A stretch of 50,661 nucleotides of DNA. It comes from Candidatus Eiseniibacteriota bacterium. Its GTDB lineage: Bacteria; Eisenbacteria; RBG-16-71-46. Of this stretch, positions 1 through 9,714 are shown one piece after another. Below the pieces are notes generated by a model. It worked only from the letters and a program-made list of their open reading frames with translations. It ran no database searches and was not told the DNA's origin. The stretch is from positions 1 through 50,661 of the forward strand of contig CAVQXP010000005.1 in assembly GCA_963717935.1 (NCBI GenBank), given 5' to 3'. The position numbers were made by a program, and so were the translations under genes. Positions within the stretch are counted from its first letter, which is position 1; each line of letters begins with the position of its first letter.

Positions 1-66
1 GTCGCGCGCGCCCACGAGGTCGCGGGCGATGGCGGGGGCCGGACGGTGCCAACGGATCAGCGTCAT
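1..66 (-). CDS. Probable Hsp20/alpha-crystallin family protein, N-terminus only (runs off window)
   Basis: Hand translation [22 protein letters not shown] after an AAGGAG RBS; resembles the 'MTLVRW.P.RDL' start of bacterial Hsp20 proteins. Only 22 codons visible. Confidence 0.6.
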   Translation of the reverse strand, partial: MTLIRWHRPAPAIARDLVGARD

Positions 67-148
67 CTCGGTGTCTCCTTCATCGGTGGCGGCCGGGTTG
101 CGGGTGCGGCGCAGGAATGCGCCGCGGGGTCGAACGCCAGTACACAAG

Positions 149-163
149 GCATCCCGCGTGCCA
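149..163 (-). promoter_or_regulatory. Putative sigma54 (-24/-12) promoter
   Basis: Minus strand TGGCACGCGGGATGC: GG-N10-GC spacing, close to consensus TGGCAC-N5-TTGC, ~85 bp upstream of the hsp20-like start. Confidence 0.5.
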
Positions 164-174
164 CCCGCGCACGC

Positions 175-221
175 GCGGCGGAACCCGCGGGTTTTCAGGG
201 AAACTCCGCGAGTTCCGCCGC
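175..221. repeat. Long imperfect inverted repeat/hairpin
   Basis: GCGGCGGAAC-C-CGCGG-GTTT ... AAAC-T-CCGCG-A-GTTCCGCCGC. Confidence 0.6.
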
Positions 222-388
222 ACCGCGGGAATCGCTCGCCCACGCGGCCCGTCCCACGATGGAACGTGGACGTTCCGGGGCGAAACGCGGCGTTTCGTTC
301 CGCGCCGGCCCGGCAGCCGGGCCCAAGGCACGTGCGGCGACCGCCCGTGGGGGCGGTCGCCGCCGGACGGCCCGGTTCCCGCCGCGGG

Positions 389-837
389 TCAGCGCTCCGG
401 CAGGTAGCCCGCCTTCTCCTCGCCCACGAGCAGCTCGTCCTTCGTGTAGATGAAGGCCTCGCGCCGGTAGTCCGCCAGCTCGTAGTCCTTCTCGAGGAAG
501 ATGGCGTCCTCGGGGCAGGCCTCCTCGCACATGCCGCAGAAGATGCAGCGCAGCATGTTGATCTCGTAGCGCTCGGCGTAGCGCTCGCCGTGCGAGCACG
601 GGTGCGTCCGGGTCGTTCTCCGCGGCCTTCGACGAAGATGGCGTCCGCCGGGCAGGCGACCGCGCACAGCTCGCAGCCCACGCAGCGCTCGAGCCCGTCC
701 TCGTGCCGCGCCAGGATGTGCAGCCCCCGGAAGCGCGGGAACATCACCAGCTTCTCGTTCGGGTACTGCAGGGTCACCGGCTTCTTGAAGAACTGCCCGA
801 GGGTGACACCGAGCCCGGTCGCCAGTTCCTTGATCAT
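389..837 (-). CDS. nuoI: NADH-quinone oxidoreductase subunit I (frameshifted near 600-630)
   Basis: N-part [26 protein letters not shown]...[14 protein letters not shown] (AGGAG RBS); C-part [24 protein letters not shown]...YTKDELL in another frame. Two 4Fe-4S motifs. Confidence 0.9.
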
Positions 838-939
838 GCCACGGACTCCTCGCAGGCCATGCTGGCGTTCGCTAGCGGACCGACCCGCAGGATAGCCGGC
901 GGCCGCGCGCGCGCGCAACCGCGCGGGCCTCCGCCTCCC

Positions 940-1494
940 CTACAGCTTCGGCAGCGTGATGCCCTGCTGGGCCTGGTACTTGCCGGCCTTGTCCTTGTAC
1001 GAGACCTCGCAGGGCGAGTCGCTCTCGAAGAAGAGCACCTGGGCGATGCCCTCGTTGGCGTAGACCCTCGCCGGCAGCGGCGTGGTGTTGCTGATCTCGA
1101 GCGTCACGAAGCCCTCCCACTCGGGCTCGAAGGGCGTGACGTTCGTGATGATGCCGCAGCGGGCGTACGTGCTCTTCCCCAGGCACACCGTGATCACGTT
1201 GCGCGGGATGCGGAAGTACTCGACGCTGCGGCCGAGCGCGAAGGAGTTGGGCGGGATGAGGGCGATCGGTCCCTTGAAGTCCACCATCGAGTCCGGGTCC
1301 AGGTGCTTCGGGTCCACGATGGTCGAGTTGACGTTCGTGAAGATCTTGAACTCGTCGGCGATGCGCAGGTCGTAGCCGTAGGACGAGACCCCGTAGGAGA
1401 TGGCGCCGGAGCGGACCTGCTTCTCCTCGAACGGCTCGATCATGCGGTGCTCGCGGCACATCTTGCGGATCCAGTGGTCGGGACGGATGGACAT
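940..1494 (-). CDS. dcd: dCTP deaminase
   Basis: [12 protein letters not shown]...[13 protein letters not shown]...[23 protein letters not shown]...[21 protein letters not shown]. Confidence 0.95.
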   Translation of the reverse strand: MSIRPDHWIRKMCREHRMIEPFEEKQVRSGAISYGVSSYGYDLRIADEFKIFTNVNSTIVDPKHLDPDSMVDFKGPIALIPPNSFALGRSVEYFRIPRNVITVCLGKSTYARCGIITNVTPFEPEWEGFVTLEISNTTPLPARVYANEGIAQVLFFESDSPCEVSYKDKAGKYQAQQGITLPKL

Positions 1495-1496
1495 CC

Positions 1497-2070
1497 TCAT
1501 TCCTCCGCAGGGTTGAAGCGGCCCAGCATCCGGACCGCGTGGACGAGTTCGGGCAGCAGCAGCCGCTTGAGCGCCAGTTCCACCGCGGCGCGCGAGCCAG
1601 GCAGCAGGACGACGAGCCGGCCGCGCGCGATGAAGGCCTCGGCGCGCGAGAGCCAGGCAGCCGTGCCGACCTGCCCTGCCGAGAGCGCGCGGAACCGCTC
1701 GCCGAAACCAGGCACGCCCCGCTCGGCGAGCGGCGCCAGCGCCTCGGGCGTGCAGTCGCGCGGACCGAGCCCGGTGCCGCCGGTGACGATGAGCGACGTC
1801 CACGCTGGCGCCCGCCAGCGCGGCGCGGGCGGCGCGCCGCAGGGCGGCCGGTTCGTCCTTCACCCAGGCGCGGGTCATCACGCGATGACCGGCCCGCGTC
1901 ACCAGGCGCTCGATCAGCGCCCCGGCCGTGTCCTCGCGGCCGCGGCGCGTGTCACTGGCCGTGATGACGGCGCAGCCCACGGGACGCGGGGCGCCGCGGC
2001 TCTGGTGGGCGGCGGGACGCCGCGGCTCGCGCGGCGCTCTGCGACGCGGCGCATCGTCGGCGCCCGCCAC
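1497..2070 (-). CDS. moaB: Molybdenum cofactor biosynthesis protein MoaB/Mog (frameshift ~1795; start uncertain)
   Basis: [12 protein letters not shown]...EDTAG...VKDE then [17 protein letters not shown]...[11 protein letters not shown]...AAWLSRA...[13 protein letters not shown] split over two frames. Confidence 0.8.
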
Positions 2071-2759
2071 TCGCGCGCCAGTCCCGCAGCGGCCGCGGTC
2101 AGCCCGAAGTGCTCGAGCCACGGCCCCGCCTCGGCGAGCCGGTGCTCCTCGAGTTCGGTCGAGCGGCGGCTCCCAGCGGCGCCCGAACCGGCCGGCAGCG
2201 CCGGCCCGGCCTCGCGCCAGGGCCGCCAGTTCGGCGAGGCTCCAGGACCTCGGGGCCCGCCACCTCGTACCATCCCTCCCACGGGCACGCGGCCCGCCAG
2301 GGCGCCGGTCCAGCGTCTCGACGACGTCGCGCCTCGGCCACCGGGTTGAGCAGCTTCGCGCCCCGCGCGGCAGGGCCGGGCCCGAGCGCCAGCCTGGCGC
2401 CACAGCGGGCTGTCGGGCCCAGCAGCGGCCCCAGGCGCAGGACCAGCACCGGCAGCCCGCAGGCCCGCGCAGCCTCCTCCAGCGCCCAGCACTCGCGCAG
2501 GCGCGGGCGACGCGCGTCCGGGTGCGTGCCGAGGCGCGTGCCACGAGCAGGCGGTCCGGCGCAGCGGCCGCGCGCGCGCCGCCAGCCAGGCCCGCAGGTC
2601 GGGGACGGGCTGCATCGGGCGACGGGGCAGACGAACAGCGTCGTCCGGCCCGCGCGGCGGCCGGGCGTGTGCCCCACCGCGTGCCCGCGCGCCGCCAGTG
2701 CGCGCAGCAGGCGGTCGCGCCGCGCTCCCGGGCGGCGGCGGCGACGGGACGAGGATCAC
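2070..2759 (-). CDS. Probable NAD(P)-binding/atypical SDR-like protein, multiply frameshifted
   Basis: Fragments ...[46 protein letters not shown] in different frames resemble the NmrA/epimerase C-terminal region. Confidence 0.4.
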
Positions 2760-3233
2760 GCGAACTCCCCCAGCGCCTCGGCCATCTGCCGCCGGTGCGA
2801 GAGGTCGTGGTCGCCCCAGTAGCGCACCATCTCGGCCAGCGCGTAGGGCCCGCGCATCGCGTGGACGCCGACCCGCTCCCAGTCCGCGCGGCCGAGCGGC
2901 GCGAGCCGCGCGAGCAGCGCGCGCCGGGCCTCCGCCCACTCCTCCAGCACGACCGCGGGGGACTGCTCGTTGTAGGCTCGGGCGGCCTCCCAGCCGGTCA
3001 TGTCCACGTCCGGGCAGCTCCGGGCTGCGCTCGACGAGCATCCGTCCGAGCCGCGGCAGGAAGACGTCGCGGTCGGCGTCGCGCAGGTGGCAGAGCGACT
3101 CGAGCGCCGACCAGCGGCCGGGCGCCGGGCGACGGCGCCAGGGCGCCTCGGCGGCGTGCTCGAGCCGGCCGGCCACCCAGTCGGGGCTCTCCGTGAGCAC
3201 CGCCAGCAACTGCCCCCACTCGAGGAAGCTCAT
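2756..3233 (-). CDS. DinB family protein (frameshift ~3012)
   Basis: [21 protein letters not shown]...PELP plus ...RVGVH...[13 protein letters not shown]; DinB histidine triad. Confidence 0.8.
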
Positions 3234-3829
3234 GGGCCCGCGCTGGCGCGCGGTGATGCCCCAGGTCGCTGCCGGCGAACGGGGTGCGGGCCGCGAAGCC
3301 GCGCTCCAGGTACGAGCGCGCCGAGCGCCACGTAGTGCTCGTAGCCGCGGCGCATGCCCGCGCGGTGCGCGTCGCTCACCTGGCCCGCGACCTTCGCCGG
3401 CATCCCCAGCGCGATGCTCCCGGGCGGGATGACCTGCCTCTCGCGCACCAGCGCACCGGCGCCGATGAGCGAGCCGGCGCCGATGCGCGCGCCGGTCAGC
3501 ACCACCGCGCCCATCCCGATGAGGCAATCGTCCTCGATCACGCAGCCGTGGATGATGGCCCCGTGCCCGATGGTGACGCGCGCGCCGATGAGCGCCGGGC
3601 TGCCCTCGTCCATGTGCACGACGCTGTTGTCCTGGATGTTCGAGTCCTCGCCCACCTCGATGCGGTCCACGTCGCCACGCAGCACGGCGTTGAACCAGAC
3701 GCTCGAGCGGGCGCCCAGCGTCACGTCGCCCACGACCACCGCGCCGGGGGCGATGAAGGCGGTGGGGTGCAGCCGCAGACGCGCGGCCCATTCCCCCGGC
3801 GCCCGGGTCCCGTGCTTCGGGTCACTCAT
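3230..3829 (-). CDS. Gamma carbonic anhydrase family (YrdA-like hexapeptide repeat) protein
   Basis: SVWFNAVLRGD...SNIQDNSVVH...VTIGHGAIIHGC; C-terminus may be frameshifted. Confidence 0.9.
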   Translation of the reverse strand: MSDPKHGTRAPGEWAARLRLHPTAFIAPGAVVVGDVTLGARSSVWFNAVLRGDVDRIEVGEDSNIQDNSVVHMDEGSPALIGARVTIGHGAIIHGCVIEDDCLIGMGAVVLTGARIGAGSLIGAGALVRERQVIPPGSIALGMPAKVAGQVSDAHRAGMRRGYEHYVALGALVPGARLRGPHPVRRQRPGASPRASAGP

Positions 3830-4479
3830 GCGAACCTACCTCCTTCGCCCACGTAGGGGTTGCCGGCGCGCTCCCGGCCGAGGGTCGTCGCCGGCCCGTG
3901 CCCGGGATGCACGTGCAGCGCATCACCGAGCGGGAAGAGCCTCGTGCGGATGGAGCGCTCCAGCTCCTCGAAGGAGCCGCCGGGCAGGTCGGTGCGCCCG
4001 ACCGAGCCCGCGAAGAGCGTGTCCCCCACCCACAGATCGTCCCCGCCGCGGAAACAGACGCCGCCGGGCGAGTGCCCCGGCGTGTGGATCACCTCGAGCG
4101 GTCTCCTCGCCCAGGGCGAGACGCTGCCCGTCGGCGAGGTCGTGCACCGGCTCCGGCGCGCGCGCCGCCGGGAATCCGAAGACCGCCGCCCTGTTCGCTC
4201 AGGCGATCGAGCAGCGGGCGGTCCGCCGGGATGCAGCCAGTACTCTCCGCCCAGCGCCTCCTGGACCGCGCGCATGCCGCAGACGTGGTCGTAGTGCGCG
4301 TGGGTGCCGAGCAGGTGGCGCACCGTCAGCGGCCCGGGCTGCTCCCGCACCCAGCGGATCACGGCCTCCGGCTCGAAGCCCGCGTCCACGACCGCGCAGT
4401 CGCGAGCGCGCTCGCAGACGAGCACGTAGGTGGCGTTGTCGAGCGGCCCGAGGCGAAGGACGTGGTGCCGGAGCGCCAT
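3826..4479 (-). CDS. MBL-fold metallo-hydrolase (glyoxalase II/YcbL-like); internal compensating frameshifts
   Basis: THAHYDH, HTPGHSPG, GDTLFAGSVGRTDLPGG, PGHGPATT motifs. Confidence 0.9.
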   Translation of the reverse strand: MALRHHVLRLGPLDNATYVLVCERARDCAVVDAGFEPEAVIRWVREQPGPLTVRHLLGTHAHYDHVCGMRAVQEALGGEYWLHPGGPPAARSPERTGRRSSDSRRRARRSRCTTSPTGSVSPWARRPLEVIHTPGHSPGGVCFRGGDDLWVGDTLFAGSVGRTDLPGGSFEELERSIRTRLFPLGDALHVHPGHGPATTLGRERAGNPYVGEGGRFA

Positions 4480-4480
4480 G

Positions 4481-5638
4481 TCAGATGACGTTCGCCTCGG
4501 CCGTCGTCTTCCGCTCGGCGAAACGCTCCAGCCGCAGCGGCGAGAGGTCGAGGCTCGGCTTGCCGTCCACGATCCACTCGGTGATGAGCTGGCCCACCGC
4601 CGGCGCGTGCATGAAGCCGTGCCCGCTGAAGCCGTTCGCGAGCATCAGCCCCTCGACGTTCCGCGGCGGGCCCAGCACCGAGTTGTGGTCGGGCGTGGTC
4701 TCGTACAGTCCGGCCCAGCCGTTCGAGACCTCGGCCACCTCGAGCGCGGGCACGCGGTGCATGGCCGGCTCCACGATGCGCTCGAGCAGGTCCCAGTTCA
4801 CGCTCAGGTTGAAGCCCTCGGGCTCCTCGGGGTTGGCATAGCCGAGCAGCAGGCCCCCGCTCTCGCGGTGCATGTAGACGCCGGACTTCATGTCCACGAT
4901 CATGGGCAGGTCCTCGCGCACCATGGGCAGCGGCTCGGTGGTGAAGCAGTGCCGCCGGACGGCCTTCACGGGTAGGTCCACGCCGGCCCAGGCCGCGACC
5001 TCCGCCGCGTGCGGCCCCGCCGCGTTCACGACCATCGGAGTGCTGATCGTGCCGCTCGCGGTACGCACGCCGGTGACCCGGGCCCCATCCATCACCAACC
5101 CCTGCGCCGGATCACCGAAGTGGAACACCGCGCCCAGCCGCCGGGCCTGCGAGACGTACGACTGCGTGACCTCGTGCGGGTTGCCGAGGCCGTCGTCCAG
5201 GCAGAAGGTCGCGCCCAGCAGGTCCTCGATGTTGAGTTCGGGCACGATCTCCCGCGCGTCCTCGGGGCTGAGCGTCTGCACGGGAAGCCCGAGCGAGCGC
5301 TGCATCTCGGCCTGGCGCTGGAACGTGGTCCACGACTCGGCGTCGGCGAGCAGGAACAGGTAGCCGACCGGGAAGAACACCGGATCGGTCTCCATCTCTT
5401 CGCTGAAGGTCTTGAAGCGCGCGATGGACATCATCGAGATACGCACGTTGAGCGGGGTCGAGAACTGTGCCCGGATGCCGCCCGCCGCCTTCGAGGTCGA
5501 GCCGGCGCCCGCGAAGGGCTCCTTCTCGACCACCACCACGTCCTTCACGCCCCGCCGCCCCAGCTCGTAGGCGATCGAAGCACCGATGCAGCCAGCCCCG
5601 ATGATGACGACCGGGGCCGTGGCCGGCAGCCCACTCAT
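4481..5638 (-). CDS. FAD-dependent oxidoreductase (DAO/sarcosine oxidase beta family)
   Basis: VVIIGAGCIG, GSTSKAAGGIRAQF, WAGLYETTPDH, GFSGHGFMHAPAVG. Confidence 0.9.
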   Translation of the reverse strand: MSGLPATAPVVIIGAGCIGASIAYELGRRGVKDVVVVEKEPFAGAGSTSKAAGGIRAQFSTPLNVRISMMSIARFKTFSEEMETDPVFFPVGYLFLLADAESWTTFQRQAEMQRSLGLPVQTLSPEDAREIVPELNIEDLLGATFCLDDGLGNPHEVTQSYVSQARRLGAVFHFGDPAQGLVMDGARVTGVRTASGTISTPMVVNAAGPHAAEVAAWAGVDLPVKAVRRHCFTTEPLPMVREDLPMIVDMKSGVYMHRESGGLLLGYANPEEPEGFNLSVNWDLLERIVEPAMHRVPALEVAEVSNGWAGLYETTPDHNSVLGPPRNVEGLMLANGFSGHGFMHAPAVGQLITEWIVDGKPSLDLSPLRLERFAERKTTAEANVI

Positions 5639-5851
5639 GCGACCCTCCGATAGAGACGCTGCAGTCGCAGCGCGTCCTCTTCCATGGCCGGGGTCTCGCA
5701 CATCACCCGGCCCGAGGCGTGGACCTCGCGCAGCGCGCGCAACAGGTCACGCCAGCGAAACTTCGACTTCATCAGCGGTACGTGGCGGCGCTCACCGCCC
5801 GGGCCGTGGAGTCGGGAGCGGGATGCCCGTCGTGCCGAACCGCGGGCTCAC
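5635..5851 (-). pseudogene. nfo: Endonuclease IV (AP endonuclease 2, TIM barrel) remnant with large internal deletion
   Basis: N-terminus VSPRFGTTGIPLPTPRPG joined out of frame to C-terminus HGPGGERRHVPLMKSKFRWRDLLRALREVHASGRVMCETPAMEEDALRLQRLYRRVA*; stop overlaps the next ATG (ATGA). Family assignment is from recalled motifs. Confidence 0.7.
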
Positions 5852-6049
5852 CCCGCCCACCACGCACCCGCGCGCAGGCCGCCGGGGAGTCTAGGCCACG
5901 CGCGCGTCGAAGGCGAGTCGGGCGGGGTATCCGAAAGGCCCTCCCGGCGGTCCCTGCACCGTTCGTCGCCGGTCCTGCGCACACGACCCCCGCATGGCGG
6001 AAGGCCGGCTGCGCGCGAGCGCCGCCGGCCTCCATGCCCGCACGGGAGA

Positions 6050-6829
6050 TCAGCGCTTCGGCGTCGCCAGCCGGTCACGCGCGAGCTGCGCCTCCCCGGA
6101 CAGCGGAAAACCCTTCACCAGATCCTCGAGCGCCTTGCGGGCCTGCGGCGCCTGACCCAGTTTCTCCCGGCACAGGGCGAGCTTCCAGAGCCCGGCGGGC
6201 ACGCGGTCACCCTGCGGGTAGAGCTCTTTGATTCGCTCGTACTCGACGGCTGCGCTGTCGAAGTACGCCTGGGCGAAGAGACACTCCCCCACCCCGTACT
6301 GGGCGTTGTCCGCCAGGTCCGCAGCCGGGAATCGCTGGGCGTACTCCCGGAAGCCCTGGAGAGCGAGCGGGTAGCGCCCCTGGGTCAGGTCCTGCGCCGC
6401 CTGCTCGTAGAGCTGGTCGGGATCCTGCCCCGCCGCCGTGGGGGGTTGTGGGGCGCGCTGCTGGATCTGGTTGAAGCGCCCCATCACCTCGTCGAGCTTG
6501 CCCTCGAGCCGCCCCATCTGCTCGAACAGATCCTGGGTCGTGCTGCCGCTCGAGGCTCGCGTGCTGAGCAGGATGTCCCGCTGCTCGGACATCTCGCGCC
6601 GCAGGTCCCCCAGCAGGCGATACGAGACCGAATCGCGCACCTGAAGCGTATCCACCTGGGTGCGCAGGCTGTCGAGACCCGACTGGATCAGGACGAGTTG
6701 CGGGGCGACACAACCCGCCAGGGGCAGGACGAGCCCCAGCAGCACGCCGGCGGCCAGCGCGCCGCCCGTCAGCGGATGGGCCGGCGGGCGGCACAGGCCG
6801 CCCGCCGACGCGAAGCTCCGCCGGATCAT
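6050..6829 (-). CDS. cpoB: Tol-Pal system protein CpoB/YbgF (lipoprotein, coiled coil + TPR)
   Basis: LAGC lipobox, coiled coil, LYEQA...F...FP...LADNAQY.VGEC TPR; follows pal. Confidence 0.85.
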   Translation of the reverse strand: MIRRSFASAGGLCRPPAHPLTGGALAAGVLLGLVLPLAGCVAPQLVLIQSGLDSLRTQVDTLQVRDSVSYRLLGDLRREMSEQRDILLSTRASSGSTTQDLFEQMGRLEGKLDEVMGRFNQIQQRAPQPPTAAGQDPDQLYEQAAQDLTQGRYPLALQGFREYAQRFPAADLADNAQYGVGECLFAQAYFDSAAVEYERIKELYPQGDRVPAGLWKLALCREKLGQAPQARKALEDLVKGFPLSGEAQLARDRLATPKR

Positions 6830-7350
6830 CGAAGCACGAAGTGAGCGCGTCGGTTCTGGGCCCACGCGGACTCGTCGTGGCCCTCGGCGAACGGCCGCTC
6901 CTTGCCGTACGAGAGAGACTGGATGCGCGCGGCCGGCACCCCCGCGTTCACCAGGTAGTCACGTGCCGCGTTCGCGCGCTTCTCGCCCAGCGCCTGGTTG
7001 TACTCGACCGTCCCGCGCTCGTCACAGTGGCCCTCGAGCGTGACGCTCACGTCCGCATGGTCGCGCAGCAGCCTGGCGGCCCCGTCCAACGCCGCCTTGG
7101 CGTCCGCGCGCAACGCGTACGAGTCCAGGTCGAAGAACACGTCCGTGAAGTCGCCCGCCGTCACGGTGGGCACCGGGACCGGGGTCTCGGGCGTCGGCGT
7201 GGGTGTGGGGACCGGGGTCGCGGGCTGCACGACCGGCGGCGCCGGCGCCGGCGTGGGCGGCGCTTCCGCGGCCTTCTTGGCGCAGCCCGCCGCGAACAGG
7301 GCGGCGAGCCCCACCGCCACCACGAAGAGCAGTGCAGGGGTCTTTCTCAT
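6826..7350 (-). CDS. pal: Peptidoglycan-associated lipoprotein Pal
   Basis: AAGC lipobox; VFFDLDSY...EGHCDERGTVEYNQALGEKRA...SYGKERP...WAQNRRAHF. Confidence 0.95.
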   Translation of the reverse strand: MRKTPALLFVVAVGLAALFAAGCAKKAAEAPPTPAPAPPVVQPATPVPTPTPTPETPVPVPTVTAGDFTDVFFDLDSYALRADAKAALDGAARLLRDHADVSVTLEGHCDERGTVEYNQALGEKRANAARDYLVNAGVPAARIQSLSYGKERPFAEGHDESAWAQNRRAHFVLR

Positions 7351-8657
7351 GGTCTTCCTCCGGGGTTTGAGTCTGGAACGTTCGTCGGGACAGCCGCGGC
7401 CGTTCGGCTCGCGGACGGGGACCACGACGGCGACATGGCCGTACGCCCACCGGTATCGAGCATCCGCGGGGGACGCCCGTCGAGGTCCGAGATGAACAGA
7501 GCATAGACGCCCGAGCGATTCGAGGCGAACACCAGATGCCTGCCGTCCGGGGACCAGCGCGGATTCTCGTTGCTGCCACCGCCCACCACGAGCCGGGCGT
7601 TCGTGCCGTTGGCGCCACAGACGTAGAGGTCGAAGCCCGCGGGAGTGCGGCTCACGAAGGCGATCAGGTCCCCGCGCGGCGACCAGGCCGGCGAGTCCGT
7701 GTAACCCACGTCGAACGTCAGGCGGCGGACATTGCCCCCGTCGCGGTCCATCACGTAGACCTGCGGCGAGCCACTGCGATCCGAGGTGAAGGCGATCTCC
7801 CGCCCGGTAGGCGACCAGCACGGCGAGGTGTCGATGGCACGGTTGTCGGTGAGCCGCCGCGGCGAGCCACCGCGCGCGTCCAGCACGTAGATCTCGGAGT
7901 TCCCGTCCTTGCTGAGCGTGCAGGCGATCTCGCGGCCGTCGGGCGAATAGGCGGGGCTGGTGTTGAGACCCGGACGCGCCGAGACCTGGTAGAGCCTGCC
8001 GCCCGCCGGCGGAGACGACGTAGAGGTGCGGGCGAGCCGCCGTCACGATAGGTACTGAACGTCAGGAGCGAGCCGTCCGGGGACCACGACGGCGAGAGCG
8101 CGATGGAGCGGTCCGCCGTCAGCGCCCGGGCCCCGGCGCCGTCCAGGTCCATGACCCAGAGCTCCTTGTTCCGGCCCTCGGGCACGATGAAGGCGATGCG
8201 CGTGCGGGCCACACCGGGCTCGCCCGTGAACTGGAGCACGATGTCGTCGGCGAACTGGTGCACGAGCGCGCGCCAGTCGGCGACCGGCCCGCGGTAGACC
8301 TTCGACAGGATCGGACGCCGGGCCGGAAAGTCGCGGACCTCACCCTCGAGCGTGACCTGCCCGTTCGCCCACCTTCCAGCGTCCGCTGGTCACGGCCTGC
8401 ACGTCGAAGGGCGACTGCCCCGACCACGCGCGCGCGATCAGGAACACGGCTGACCGCTCGAGGTCGTCGGCCAGCACCTCGTCGGCCTGGCGCGCGGCAG
8501 GCGCACCGGCGGGCAGGCGGCCGGCCACGAGCGCCTCGCAGTAGAGCTGCGTGCGGCGCCCGCCGCCGGCGATGTCGATGCGCACCTCGCGGGTCTGCGC
8601 GCGCACACCGGGAGCCGCCAGCACGGCCAGCAGCACGATCAGGGGCAGGCGCCTCAT
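7347..8657 (-). CDS. tolB: TolB (several frameshifts)
   Basis: Signal peptide and VLADDLERS; HQFADDIVLQFTGEPGVARTRIAF; PD40 repeats SPSWSPDG, SPCWSPTG, SPAWSPRG, NPRWSPDG over three ORF pieces. Confidence 0.9.
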
Positions 8658-9310
8658 GGCCTGGCGTACTCGAAGCCGAAATGAATCCCGAGGTCCGAGC
8701 CCGGGAAGCCCAGCGGCAGCGGGGGCAACGGGTCGCTCAGGGTCACGGCCCGCAGCGAGGCGCGGTCGAAGAACTCGATGCCGCTGCCACTCTCGAGCCG
8801 GATGGCCGAGACACCGCCACCCCGGCCGACGCGGAAGTAGACCACGGCGCGCACCGGGCGGCCGCTCTCGAGACCCGCCGGCGGCGCCCAGCTCTGCGCC
8901 ACCTTGTTGCGGATCAGCATGAGGTAGTAGGTGAACTCGAAGTCGCGTGCGTCCGCGGCGAGACCACCGCTCAGGCCCGCGCTCCCCACCCGCGCGTACG
9001 GCAGCAACGACCCCGAGGCCGGCGGCGCCGCCTCCTCGCGTGCGGGCTCGGCCCGCCTGGCGGGCTTCCTGGGCGGCACCAGCTTCACGCCCTCGAGGTT
9101 CTCGGGCTGGATGTCCGGAGCCTTCATGGCCGCCTTCTCCCCGGGCGCCGGGGACGGCACGCCCCGCGGCAGCGCCCCCGGCTCGATCAGTGCGACCTGC
9201 ACCACGTCGGGCCCCGCCACGATCAGGGGCTCGCCCTGGCGCACGGCGAACACCACCGCCAGGAACGCAACGTGGACCATGGCCGAGCCGGCCAGGGCGC
9301 CCCGCGTCAC
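8654..9310 (-). CDS. TolA/TonB family energy transducer (TM with SxxxH, short Pro-rich linker, TonB_C domain)
   Basis: GSAMVHVAF TM motif; FTYYL..IRNKV..SW...F.V.R.G...SGSG..FFDRASLRAV...PLPPLP. Confidence 0.85.
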   Translation of the reverse strand: MTRGALAGSAMVHVAFLAVVFAVRQGEPLIVAGPDVVQVALIEPGALPRGVPSPAPGEKAAMKAPDIQPENLEGVKLVPPRKPARRAEPAREEAAPPASGSLLPYARVGSAGLSGGLAADARDFEFTYYLMLIRNKVAQSWAPPAGLESGRPVRAVVYFRVGRGGGVSAIRLESGSGIEFFDRASLRAVTLSDPLPPLPLGFPGSDLGIHFGFEYARP

Positions 9311-9714
9311 CGGCGGAGCTCCGGGGCCGGCGGCTGGGTCACGAGCCCGAGCGAGGCCACCCCCGCGCGCCTCATGCGCGCGATCAGATCCACGATGGTC
9401 CCGTACGGCACGCCATGGTCCGCCTTCAGGAACACCGGACGCCGGGAAGCGCCGGCCCGGGCCAGCGCTTCCTCGAAGCGGGCCACGGGCACCACCGAGT
9501 TCCCCACCGCCACCGTGCGGTCGGCCCGCACGCTCACGATCAGCCCCTCGCGGACGTCCAGCCCGCGGGTGGCGACGCGCGGCAGATCGATCTCGAGCCC
9601 TCCCTGCAGGAACGGCGCGGTCACCATGAAGATGATGAGCAGCACCAGCACGACATCCACGAACGGCGTGACGTTGATGTCGGCCATCGGCACGCGCGGG
9701 ACGGCGCTCTTCAC
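9307..9714 (-). CDS. tolR: TolR/ExbD
   Basis: MADINVTPFVDVVLVLLIIFMVTAP...VFLKADHGVPYG; GTG start overlaps the tolQ stop. Confidence 0.9.
   Translation of the reverse strand: MKSAVPRVPMADINVTPFVDVVLVLLIIFMVTAPFLQGGLEIDLPRVATRGLDVREGLIVSVRADRTVAVGNSVVPVARFEEALARAGASRRPVFLKADHGVPYGTIVDLIARMRRAGVASLGLVTQPPAPELRR

Noticed and set aside
940..2544. 534-aa apparent SDR-MoaB-dCTP deaminase fusion ORF
   Set aside because: MoaB continues in another frame with its own stop at 1497 and dcd has its own RBS and ATG; artefact of indels.
5852..6049. Hairpins between cpoB and the nfo remnant as a riboswitch
   Set aside because: No known aptamer consensus; better explained as a terminator-like stem plus a promoter (TAGACT -10).
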